Assembly: GCA_963832415.1 (NCBI GenBank)
Contig: CAWHTZ010000014.1
Span: 295,339 to 359,338 of the forward strand
Direction: 5' to 3'
DNA from: an uncultured Actinomycetota bacterium
Lineage (GTDB): Bacteria > Actinomycetota > Actinomycetes > Propionibacteriales > Nocardioidaceae
Length of the DNA stretch: 64,000 nucleotides
A model generated the notes under the pieces. It was not told the origin of the DNA and made no database searches. It saw only the letters and a list, made by a program, of their open reading frames with translations. This document shows positions 1 to 7,257 of the stretch, piece by piece. A program made the translations under genes and the position numbers. The number at the start of each line of letters is the position of its first letter. Position 1 is the first letter of the stretch.

Positions 1-40
1 GGCATCACTCACGTCGGCCACCCTAGTCGGCGGAGGTACC

Positions 41-1456
41 GTGGGACCCATGAGTGACGACCCAGCCGACCGGCCGGACGACGGCCAGAACCCCTTCAAG
101 GGCACGCCCTTCGAGCAGTTCTTCGACGGGCTCACCCGAGGCGGGGGGCAGGCCTTCGGCTTCGGCCAGGGCGGTGGCCAGGGCGGGGGCCAGGGCGGGG
201 GCCAAGGCGGGGGCCAGGGCGGCGCCCAGGGCGGCCCCGGCGGCTTCGACCTCAACGCGATCATGAGCCAGATGCAGCACCTGATGACCCCGCACGAGGG
301 GCCGGTCAACTGGGACCTCGCGCTCGACACGGCCCGGCGCACCGTCGCCCAGGAGCCCGACCCCACGCCCACGCAGAGCCAGCGCGACGCGGTGGCCGAC
401 GCGGTCCGGCTGGCCGACCACTGGCTCGACGCGGCCACCGACTTCCCCTCGGGCGTGAGCACCAGCGCCGCCTGGAGCCGCGCGGAGTGGATCGAGGGCA
501 CGCTCGAGGTCTGGAAGGGCCTGGTCGAGCCGATCGCCGCGCGGGCCAACGGGGCCCTCGGCGACGCGCTGCCGGAGGAGGCCCGGGCCATGGCCGGGCC
601 CCTGATGGACCTGCTCGGCCGCGCCACCGGGGCGATGGTCGCCTCCCAGGTGGGCTCCGGGCTCGGCACCCTCGCCGGCGACGTGCTCTCCGCCAGCGAC
701 GTCGGGCTGCCGCTCGGTCCGGCGGGCCGCGCGGCGCTCGTCCCCGCCAACGTGGCCGCCTTCGCCGAGGGGCTCGACGTCACGGGCGACGACCTCCTGC
801 TCTATCTCGCGCTGCGCGAGGCCGCCCATCAGCGGCTCTTCGCCGGCGTGCCCTGGCTGCGCGAGCACCTGCTCTCCGCGGTGACGGACTACGCGCACGG
901 CATCGAGATCGACATGAGCGGCATCGAGGAACAGGTCCGGGGGCTCGACCTGAGCGACCCGTCGTCGCTGCAGCAGGCCATGGAGGGCGGGCTCTTCGAC
1001 CTCAAGCGCTCCCCCGCCCAGGAGGCGGCGCTCCAACGGCTCGAGATCACCCTCGCGCTCGTCGAGGGCTGGGTCGACGAGATCGTCGGCCAGGCCACCC
1101 ACGAGCGGATGCCGGCGGCGGACAAGCTCCAGGAGGCCGTCCGCCGCCGCCGCGCCTCCGGCGGCCCCGCGGAGCAGACGTTCAGCGCGCTGGTCGGCCT
1201 CGAGCTGCGGCCCCGGCGGCTGCGGGACGCGTCGACCCTGTGGGGCTCCCTGCGCACCCGGCAGGGGCCCGAGGCCCGCGACGGCGTCTGGATGCACCCG
1301 GACCTGCTGCCCACGGCGAGCGACCTCGACGACCCGCTGGGCTTCCGCGAGGGTGCCTCCGCACCGCAGCAGATGTCCGAGGACGAGTTCGACGCCGAGC
1401 TGCGACGCATGCTGGAGGGGAACGAGGGCCCGGGCGAGGAGGCCGACGGCGCGTGA
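41..1456 (+). CDS. DUF2342-family protein (database-annotated as zinc-dependent metalloprotease-like)
   Basis: 471-aa ORF with GC3-rich codons. Its stop overlaps the next gene's start (GTGA at 1453-1456). Family recognised from memory. N-terminal (GQGG)n. No intact HExxH visible (REAAH instead). ATG at 50 (GGAGG at 33-37) is an alternative start. Confidence 0.7.
   Translation: MGPMSDDPADRPDDGQNPFKGTPFEQFFDGLTRGGGQAFGFGQGGGQGGGQGGGQGGGQGGAQGGPGGFDLNAIMSQMQHLMTPHEGPVNWDLALDTARRTVAQEPDPTPTQSQRDAVADAVRLADHWLDAATDFPSGVSTSAAWSRAEWIEGTLEVWKGLVEPIAARANGALGDALPEEARAMAGPLMDLLGRATGAMVASQVGSGLGTLAGDVLSASDVGLPLGPAGRAALVPANVAAFAEGLDVTGDDLLLYLALREAAHQRLFAGVPWLREHLLSAVTDYAHGIEIDMSGIEEQVRGLDLSDPSSLQQAMEGGLFDLKRSPAQEAALQRLEITLALVEGWVDEIVGQATHERMPAADKLQEAVRRRRASGGPAEQTFSALVGLELRPRRLRDASTLWGSLRTRQGPEARDGVWMHPDLLPTASDLDDPLGFREGASAPQQMSEDEFDAELRRMLEGNEGPGEEADGA
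164..235 (+). repeat. In-frame 12-nt tandem repeat (GQGG)x6
   Basis: Six consecutive units ggccagggcggg (minor variants), read directly. They encode GQGGGQGGGQGG... inside the CDS. Confidence 0.8.
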
Positions 1457-2031
1457 CCCTGCACGCCGACGCCCTCGGGCTGCTGGAGCACTGGCGACCC
1501 GAGGAGCCCGGGCAGGAGGAGCTGCGCCGGCGCTTCGCCGCCCACCTCCGGGAGCGCCCGGACGGGGCCGCGCGGTCCTGCTACCCCGACCACCTCACGG
1601 CGAGCACGCTGGTGCTCTCCCCCGACGGCCGGCAGGTGCTGCTCACCCTGCACGCGAAGGCAGGCCGCTGGTTTCAGCTCGGCGGGCACTGCGAGGACGA
1701 CGACGACACCCTGCTCGGCGCCGCCCGCCGGGAGGCCGAGGAGGAGTCCGGCATCGCGGGTCTCGTGCTCGACCCGCTGCCGGTGCACCTCAGCGAGCAC
1801 GAGGTGCCGTTCTGCGACCCGCGCGGCGAGGCGCGGCACCTGGACGTGCGGTTCGTGGCGGTGGCCCCCGACGCGGCGCCGTACGCCGCCAGCGACGAGT
1901 CCCTCGACGTGCGCTGGTGGCCGGTCACCGACCTGCCGGATCCCGAGCCGGGTCTGGAGCACCTGGTCGCGGTGGGCCGGGGCAGGCTGGGTCTCGACGC
2001 GCCCGGCCGCTCCCCGGACGGCCGGACCTGA
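1453..2031 (+). CDS. NUDIX hydrolase
   Basis: Nudix box GGHCEDDDDTLLGAARREAEEESGI. GTG 1453 overlaps the upstream stop (GTGA). The upstream part of the 514-aa track ORF overlaps gene 1 and is Arg-rich junk. Confidence 0.85.
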   Translation: MTLHADALGLLEHWRPEEPGQEELRRRFAAHLRERPDGAARSCYPDHLTASTLVLSPDGRQVLLTLHAKAGRWFQLGGHCEDDDDTLLGAARREAEEESGIAGLVLDPLPVHLSEHEVPFCDPRGEARHLDVRFVAVAPDAAPYAASDESLDVRWWPVTDLPDPEPGLEHLVAVGRGRLGLDAPGRSPDGRT

Positions 2032-2040
2032 GCCGGCTCG

Positions 2041-2595
2041 TCAGGGCGCCTCGGCCTCCCCGCCCGGCGGCGGGTCGACCTGCGCCCCGGCTGACCAGCC
2101 GAGCAGGTAGCCCTTGGCCCGCTCCGCGCGGGGGTAGCGGTCGACCCACGACCAGAAGCGCGCGTCGTGGCCGGGCTCGAGCAAATGGACCAGCTCGTGG
2201 ATCAGCACGTAGTCCACGACCCAGGCCGGCATCCCCTGGAGCCGGGTGCTCAGGCGGACCGACCGGTCCCCCGGCGTGCACGAGCCCCAACGGGAGTTCT
2301 GGTTGGCGGCCCAGCGCACCGAGCCCGGCACGGCGAGGCCGCCGAGATAGGTCTCGTTCAGCTCGTGCGCCCGTGACAGCAGCTCGTCGTCCGACGGCCG
2401 GGCGCGTCGCTCGGAGCGCTCGAGCCGGGCCAGCATCGTGGCCACCCACTCCGCCTCCTGCCGGCGCGTGAGCGTGGCCGGGACCAGCACGACGACGCGC
2501 TCGCCCTCGCGGTAGGCCGAGACGGTCTTGCGGCGCCGCGACGAACGACGCACCTCGACGTGCGCCGGCAGCTCGGGGACCCGCTCGCGGCCCAT
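2041..2595 (-). CDS. M48/YgjP-like (DUF45) metallopeptidase
   Basis: 184 aa with IHELVHLLEPGH zinc-peptidase motif near the C-terminus, as in YgjP/DUF45 proteins. Confidence 0.85.
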   Translation of the reverse strand: MGRERVPELPAHVEVRRSSRRRKTVSAYREGERVVVLVPATLTRRQEAEWVATMLARLERSERRARPSDDELLSRAHELNETYLGGLAVPGSVRWAANQNSRWGSCTPGDRSVRLSTRLQGMPAWVVDYVLIHELVHLLEPGHDARFWSWVDRYPRAERAKGYLLGWSAGAQVDPPPGGEAEAP

Positions 2596-2604
2596 GAGGT
2601 CACG

Positions 2605-3648
2605 CTAGCCGTTCGCCCACGCCAGCAGGCGCTCCCGCGGCCAGGTGTTGACGACGCGGTCCGGCTCGATGCCGGCCTGCTCGGCCCGCTCGCACCCGTG
2701 GTCGAGCATGTCGAGCTGACCCGGCGCGTGCGCGTCGCTGTCGATGGAGAACAGGCAGCCGCTGTCGCGGGCCAGCTCGAGCAGCGCCGTCGGTGGGTCG
2801 CGCCGCTCGGGTCGGGAGTTGATCTCCACCGCCACGCCGTGCTCCGCGCACGCCTCGAAGACCGCCCGCGCGTCGAACTGCGAGGGCGGACGCGTGCCCC
2901 GGTTGCCCCGCACCAGGCGACCGGTGCAGTGCCCGAGCACGTTGACCCGGGGGTTGCGGACGGCTGCCAGCATCCGCCGCGTCATCGCCGCGGCGTCCAT
3001 CCTCAGCTGGGAGTGGACGCTCGCGACGCGCACGTCGAGCCGGTCGAGCATCGCGTCGGTCTGGTCGAGCGACCCGTCGTCGAGGATGTCGACCTCGATC
3101 CCGCGCAGCAGGCGGAAGTCACCGGAGTCCGCGCCGGACCCCAGGTGCTCGTTGACCGCGGCCACCACGTCGAGCTGACGGGCCAGCCGCTCGACGCTGA
3201 GCCCGTTGGCGACGCGCAGCCGGGGCGAGTGGTCGGTGAGCACCAGGTAGTCGTGGCCCAGCTCCAGCGCCGTGAAGGCCATCTCCTCCAGCGGCGAGCC
3301 ACCGTCGGACCAGTCCGAGTGGGCGTGGCAGTCGCCGCGCAGCGCCGCCCGGAGCTCGCGCCCGCCCGGCGCCAGGGGCCCGGCGTGCTCCCGCTCCAGC
3401 CTCGCCAGCCGCGCGGGCTGCTCACCGCGCACGGCTTCGGTGATCACGGCCGCGGTGCTGGCCCCGATCCCGGGGAGGTCCGTCAGCGACCCCTCCTCGA
3501 CCCGACGGCTGATCTCCGCCTCCCCCATCGGGAGCAGCGTGGCCGCGGCGGCCCGGTAGGCCTTGATCTTGTAGGTGTCCTCGCGGGCGCGCTCGAGCAG
3601 GAACGCGATGCGGCGCAGCGCCGCGACCGGGCCGCCGTCGTAGGCCAC
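2605..3648 (-). CDS. PolX-like helix-hairpin-helix + PHP phosphoesterase domain protein
   Basis: HhH segment (LTDLPGIGASTAAVI) followed by a PHP domain (GDCHAHSDWSDG ... DSDAH). Start set at in-frame GTG 3646-3648. The 43 upstream codons of the track ORF look non-coding. Confidence 0.8.
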   Translation of the reverse strand: MAYDGGPVAALRRIAFLLERAREDTYKIKAYRAAAATLLPMGEAEISRRVEEGSLTDLPGIGASTAAVITEAVRGEQPARLARLEREHAGPLAPGGRELRAALRGDCHAHSDWSDGGSPLEEMAFTALELGHDYLVLTDHSPRLRVANGLSVERLARQLDVVAAVNEHLGSGADSGDFRLLRGIEVDILDDGSLDQTDAMLDRLDVRVASVHSQLRMDAAAMTRRMLAAVRNPRVNVLGHCTGRLVRGNRGTRPPSQFDARAVFEACAEHGVAVEINSRPERRDPPTALLELARDSGCLFSIDSDAHAPGQLDMLDHGCERAEQAGIEPDRVVNTWPRERLLAWANG

Positions 3649-3670
3649 GCCATCACTCCTCGAGCAGTTT

Positions 3671-3822
3671 CCGTCCACAGGCGGTGAGTGACCATTGTGG
3701 CTGGTCAACCCGCGGCCGGGCGACGACGCGGGCGGCCTCTCCACACGGCGATCCCCCGTCCGCCACCGGTTCTCCACCGCCGGCGAGGCGTGTCCACACG
3801 CTCGTCCACAGGCTTCTCCACA
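3671..3822 (+). promoter_or_regulatory. Cluster of six direct DnaA-box-like 9-mers (xxxTCCACA)
   Basis: CCGTCCACA 3671, CTCTCCACA 3737, TTCTCCACC 3770, GTGTCCACA 3790, TCGTCCACA 3802, TTCTCCACA 3814. All on the + strand. The last three are phased at 12 bp. The repeat is certain; its function is inferred. Confidence 0.5.
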
Positions 3823-3993
3823 GGCGGGGAGGCGGATCGGCCCCGCGGCGTTGACCCGGCGCCGCCGCGGCTCCTAGCGTCCGTGTGCAGCAGGGCCCCG
3901 GCGGTCCGGGCGACGTTCGCAAGGGGAAGGCGAACGTGGTTCGGGCGCCGGGGCCCTCGGTGCCTCCGCGGACTTCGCCCCCGAGGCCGCGCC

Positions 3994-4833
3994 TCACTCG
4001 CCGACGAACTCCGGGGGCCGCTTCTCCCGGGCCGCGCGGATGCCTTCCTGCAGGTCCCGGGTCGCCAGGGTGATCGGCTGGGCCATGGCCTCCCACTGCA
4101 GGCCGGCCTCGATGTCGTGGTGGCCGCCCTGCTGCAGCGCCAGCTTGGTCAGCCGCGTGGCCACCGGGGCGGCGCCGGCCATCCCCGCCGCGGCCTGCAC
4201 CGCCGCCTCCGCGAGCTCGTCCGGCTCGACCACCCGGGAGACGAGGCCGAGCCGAAGCGCCTCGTCGGCCTCGACGATCCGGCCCGTCAGCAGCAGGTCG
4301 CGGGCGACGGCCGGGCCGGCCACGTCCGGCAGGAGGTGCGTGGCGGCCATGCCGGGATGCATGCCGAGCTGGGTGAACGGGACGCCGAGCTTGGCGCCCG
4401 AGGCGGCGTACCGCACGTCGCAGGCCAGCGCCAGGCACAGCCCGGCGCCGATCGCGGCGCCGTTCAGCGCGGCGATCGTCGGCACCTCGAGGGCGCGGAT
4501 GCTCAGCCAGGCGCGGTAGAACGGCAGCATCCGCGAGCGCAGCTGGTCGACGCCCGCGTCGGGCTCGCTCGCGATCCAGCTGGTGTCGCCGCCCGAGCAG
4601 AAGGCGCGGCCCTCGCCGGTGACCAGCACCGCCCGGCAGGAGGGGTCGCGCCGCAGCGCCTCGACCGCCGTGACCCAGGACTCGGTCATGTCGCTCGACA
4701 TCGCGTTGCGCTGGTCGGGGTTGTCCAGCGTCAGCCGGACGACGCCCTCGGCGGGGCGGTCCAGGCGCAGGTGGGGCAGGGAGTCGGGCGCCCCGGCGGG
4801 GGTCCCGGCGGGGGCGGGAGAGCTGTCAGCCAT
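3994..4833 (-). CDS. Enoyl-CoA hydratase/isomerase family protein
   Basis: Crotonase-fold signature (AVLVTGEGRAFCSGGD, ALNGAAIGAGLCLALACD). ATG at 4831-4833 begins MADSSPAP. Confidence 0.85.
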   Translation of the reverse strand: MADSSPAPAGTPAGAPDSLPHLRLDRPAEGVVRLTLDNPDQRNAMSSDMTESWVTAVEALRRDPSCRAVLVTGEGRAFCSGGDTSWIASEPDAGVDQLRSRMLPFYRAWLSIRALEVPTIAALNGAAIGAGLCLALACDVRYAASGAKLGVPFTQLGMHPGMAATHLLPDVAGPAVARDLLLTGRIVEADEALRLGLVSRVVEPDELAEAAVQAAAGMAGAAPVATRLTKLALQQGGHHDIEAGLQWEAMAQPITLATRDLQEGIRAAREKRPPEFVGE

Positions 4834-5009
4834 GCCCCGCACGGTAGCCGCGCGGCCCCGCGACGCGCCTGCCGGCGGCCCCGGTTGCGCGGCGACGGGC
4901 CCCCCGTGCCGTAGTGTCACGCACGCTGGACGCGCGGCGTCCGGCCCCGGCGGGCTTCCCCGAGCTCCCGTCGCGTGGACCCGACAGAACCTGGAGCGAG
5001 GAGGCCGTC

Positions 5010-5168
5010 ATGGCTGAGACCTGGAGCGGCGAGTTCTACTGCGTGAAGTGCAAGGAGAAGCGCGAGGCCGAGGGCGAGGTCAAGGTCAACGACAAGGGCA
5101 CGCGCATGGCCAAGGCCGAGTGCCCCGTCTGCGGCACGAACCTCAACCGCATCCTCGGCAAGGCCTGA
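5010..5168 (+). CDS. Small zinc-ribbon protein (DUF5679-like)
   Basis: 52 aa with two CxxC pairs (CVKC ... CPVC). GAGGAGG at 4998-5004, 5 nt before the ATG. Followed by a hairpin terminator. Confidence 0.75.
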   Translation: MAETWSGEFYCVKCKEKREAEGEVKVNDKGTRMAKAECPVCGTNLNRILGKA

Positions 5169-5183
5169 GCCCGACCGCACGGC

Positions 5184-5228
5184 ACAGCGGCGCTTCCGGC
5201 TGGTCCGGCGGCGCCGCTGTCGTGCATT
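5184..5228 (+). terminator. Putative intrinsic terminator after the DUF5679-like gene
   Basis: 10-bp stem ACAGCGGCGC (5184-5193) / GCGCCGCTGT (5211-5220), then CGTGCATTT. About 15 nt after the stop codon. The T-tract is weak. Confidence 0.45.
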
Positions 5229-5270
5229 TCCCACAGGTCGGCGCCACGGGCGCGACCGGGTCGCGCGCCT

Positions 5271-6239
5271 GTGGAGGACGCCCGCGTGCGCGGCCGTCGA
5301 GATGGCAGCCTCGCCGCCGTGACCCGCTCCCCGCACCCCTCCCGGCACGTGCTCCGACCCGGCGTGGTCGTCGTGCCGCGGGAGCCGCACCAGCTCGTCG
5401 TGGGTCACGACCGCGCCCGCGTGACTCTGCCCGCCACCCCCGAGTCCGAACAGCTGCTGGCGCGGCTCGCGGCCGAGGGTGCCCGCTCGCCTGGCGGTGA
5501 CGACCCGCCCGAGGCCTGGCGCCTGTGGCGCCGCCTGGACGACGCCGGGCTGCTGGTCACCGACGCCGGCCTGCGCCGCGCCCGCGAGGTCGTGACCCGC
5601 TCCGCCCGGTCCTCCGGGGGCGGGCCGGGCATCGCGACCGCAGACGCCGTGGTGCTGACCTACGGCGACGAGGCGGCCGACGTCCTGCGCGCCCGGCTCT
5701 CGGCGCGAGCCGTCGTGCACGGGCCGGAGGACGTGCGATCCGCGGCGGTGGCGGCGCTCGCCGCCGCCGGCGTCCCGGTCGCCGAGGGGGCCGGCCGGGC
5801 CGTCGTCCACCTCGTGATCGGCGACGTGGACCCGGCCGCCGGACACCTCGCCGACCTGCTGCGCGAGGGGACGCCGCACCTCGTGCTGGTGCGCGACACC
5901 TCGGCGATCACGGTCGGGCCCTTCGTCGTGCCCGGCCACACCGCGTGCACCGGCTGCCTCGAGGCGACCCGCGCCGACCAGGCCCCCGACCAGGGCGTGC
6001 TGCGGCTGCTGCGCGCCCGCCAGCTCCGCGAGCGCACGCTCCCGACCGACCCGGCCGTCCAGGCCCTGGCGCTGGCGGCGGCCGTCCAGGACCTCGTCGT
6101 CTGGGCCGCCGGCGAGGAGCCCTCGACCTGGTCGGCCACGCGGACCTTCACCGTCGGCGGGCGCGAGGAGCGGGTGGAGCTGCGCCGGCACCCGCGCTGC
6201 GGCTGCGCGTGGGACGCCCTGGGCGTCCACGCCGGCTGA
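5271..6239 (+). CDS. ThiF/E1-like (cyclodehydratase/docking-domain-like) protein with degenerate nucleotide loop
   Basis: C-terminal half reads like E1/ThiF-type proteins (GPFVVPGHTACTGCL ... RHPRCGCAW). The Rossmann glycine loop position reads VVHGPEDVRSAAVAALAAAGV, with no GxGxxG. Start uncertain (GTG 5271 or downstream). Confidence 0.6.
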   Translation: MEDARVRGRRDGSLAAVTRSPHPSRHVLRPGVVVVPREPHQLVVGHDRARVTLPATPESEQLLARLAAEGARSPGGDDPPEAWRLWRRLDDAGLLVTDAGLRRAREVVTRSARSSGGGPGIATADAVVLTYGDEAADVLRARLSARAVVHGPEDVRSAAVAALAAAGVPVAEGAGRAVVHLVIGDVDPAAGHLADLLREGTPHLVLVRDTSAITVGPFVVPGHTACTGCLEATRADQAPDQGVLRLLRARQLRERTLPTDPAVQALALAAAVQDLVVWAAGEEPSTWSATRTFTVGGREERVELRRHPRCGCAWDALGVHAG

Positions 6240-6245
6240 TCCGGC

Positions 6246-6461
6246 TCACCAGTGCTCGGAGTCGAGCTTCCCCTCGATGGCCCGGAGGTTCTCCCGCGAG
6301 CAGCGCTCGCAGAAGCAGGCCCGGCGGCCGTTCTCGACGGCGATGGTCCAGGCCAGCGTCTCGCCGGCGCCCCGCCCGACGGCACCGCACCAGTCGCACG
6401 TCATCGCCGAGCCGGCGTCGTCGGCGTCGTCCGGGCCCTCTGCGTCGTCTGGCGGTGCCAC
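6246..6461 (-). CDS. Small Cys-rich hypothetical protein
   Basis: 71-aa ORF with GC3-rich codons and CxxC...CxCxxC (CDWCG ... CFCERC). Convergent with the E1-like gene. Start (GTG 6461 or internal ATG) uncertain. Confidence 0.5.
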   Translation of the reverse strand: MAPPDDAEGPDDADDAGSAMTCDWCGAVGRGAGETLAWTIAVENGRRACFCERCSRENLRAIEGKLDSEHW

Positions 6462-6539
6462 CCCACCACGCTAGCCCGCCCTCACCCGGGAAGCCCGCGC
6501 CCACTCGGCTCGGGTGACCCGGGCGTCGGCCGGGCGGGC

Positions 6540-6794
6540 TCACGCGGCCGCGTGCTTGCGCGGGCGTCCCCGGGGCCGCTTGCGCGGGACCACGACGCCG
6601 GAGAGGAAGAGCTCGCCTCCCCAGACGCCCCACGGCTCGCGGCGCTCCAGCGCGCCGGCCAGGCACGTCGCCCTCGCGGGGCAGCCCCGGCACAGGGCCT
6701 TGGCGGACTCGACGTCGGCGGGCCGCTCGGCGAACCACAGCTCCGGGTCCTCTCGCCGGCACGGCAGCCTCGCCTCGAGAACGCTGATGGTCAT
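6540..6794 (-). CDS. whiB7: WhiB7-type Fe-S transcription factor with C-terminal AT-hook
   Basis: 84 aa. WhiB Cys pattern C-x22-C-x2-C-x5-C (PCRRE...LCRGCPARATC), GVWGGE turn, C-terminal RKRPRGRPRK AT-hook. GAGGAG precedes ATG 6794. Confidence 0.9.
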   Translation of the reverse strand: MTISVLEARLPCRREDPELWFAERPADVESAKALCRGCPARATCLAGALERREPWGVWGGELFLSGVVVPRKRPRGRPRKHAAA

Positions 6795-6851
6795 GGGTCT
6801 CATCTCCTCGGGAGGCCGGAGCGCCCGCGGTGGCGGACGTCGGCTCTGCAT

Positions 6852-6894
6852 GTGAAACGAAAAGGCCGCGGATCCCGGTTGGGGGTCCGCGGCC
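6852..6894 (-). terminator. Intrinsic attenuator/terminator in the whiB7 leader
   Basis: Minus-strand RNA GGCCGCGGACCCCCAACCGGGAUCCGCGGCC (about 13-bp stem, 6864-6894) followed by UUUUCGUUUC. Lies between the uORF stop (6920) and the whiB7 start (6794). Confidence 0.65.
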
Positions 6895-6919
6895 TGGAGG
6901 ATGCCGACGCGCTGCGTGA

Positions 6920-7114
6920 TCAGCGGGTCGGCGGGCTCCAGGCGCTGGGGCCCCGGGCGTTGCCCCGGGGGAAGGCGGCCGCGGCGTCGAAGGCGCCGTC
7001 GATGCCCACGAAGGGGAGGCACAGGTGCGCGGGCACGCCGGGGCTGGGCGGCGTCACGGCCGTCTGCGGGAGCATCGCGGTGAGCAGCCTGGTGGTGAGC
7101 CTGGTGGTGAGCAT
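6920..7114 (-). CDS. whiB7 upstream ORF (leader peptide, 64 aa)
   Basis: ATG 7112-7114 preceded by AGGAGG (7122-7127) at 7-nt spacing. Almost every codon ends in G/C. Peptide MLTTRLTTRLLTAMLPQ...FDAAAAFPRGN... ends 25 nt before the attenuator hairpin. Confidence 0.6.
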   Translation of the reverse strand: MLTTRLTTRLLTAMLPQTAVTPPSPGVPAHLCLPFVGIDGAFDAAAAFPRGNARGPSAWSPPTR

Positions 7115-7188
7115 CGGGGCACCTCCTTCGTGGTCTCGGGCGCGGGTCCGTGGCGGGGGACCTGGATGCGCGTCGCTCGGTGACGAGC

Positions 7189-7228
7189 ACGGTAGCGAGC
7201 CCGCGTCGCGCGGAGCAATCGATTTGTT
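7189..7228 (-). promoter_or_regulatory. Candidate whiB7 promoter with AT-rich upstream element
   Basis: Minus strand: AACAAATCGA (7219-7228), TTGCTC (-35, 7213-7218), 18-nt spacer, TACCGT (-10, 7189-7194). An AT-rich tract abutting the -35 is the known WhiB7 autoregulatory layout. Confidence 0.4.
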
Positions 7229-7257
7229 CGCGCCTGGTCGGGGTCTTGGCCCGGCCT

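Noticed and set aside
3671-3822. The DnaA-box-like array as the chromosomal origin (oriC).
   Set aside because: There is no dnaA, dnaN or rpmH nearby and no AT-rich unwinding element. There are only six boxes, all in one orientation. It is kept as a non-origin cluster hypothesis instead.
3913-3937. Inverted repeat ACGTTCGC-N9-GCGAACGT, considered as a LexA SOS box in front of the PolX-like gene.
   Set aside because: The actinobacterial SOS box is TCGAAC-N4-GTTCGA. Here the half-sites are in the opposite order and 9 nt apart. It is more likely a simple hairpin at the 3' end of the hydratase transcript, or a chance occurrence.
5271-6239. A TOMM/thiazole-oxazole RiPP biosynthetic cluster around the E1/ThiF-like gene.
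   Set aside because: No YcaO cyclodehydratase, FMN dehydrogenase, transporter or Cys/Ser/Thr-rich precursor ORF is nearby. The flanking genes are conserved housekeeping-type genes.
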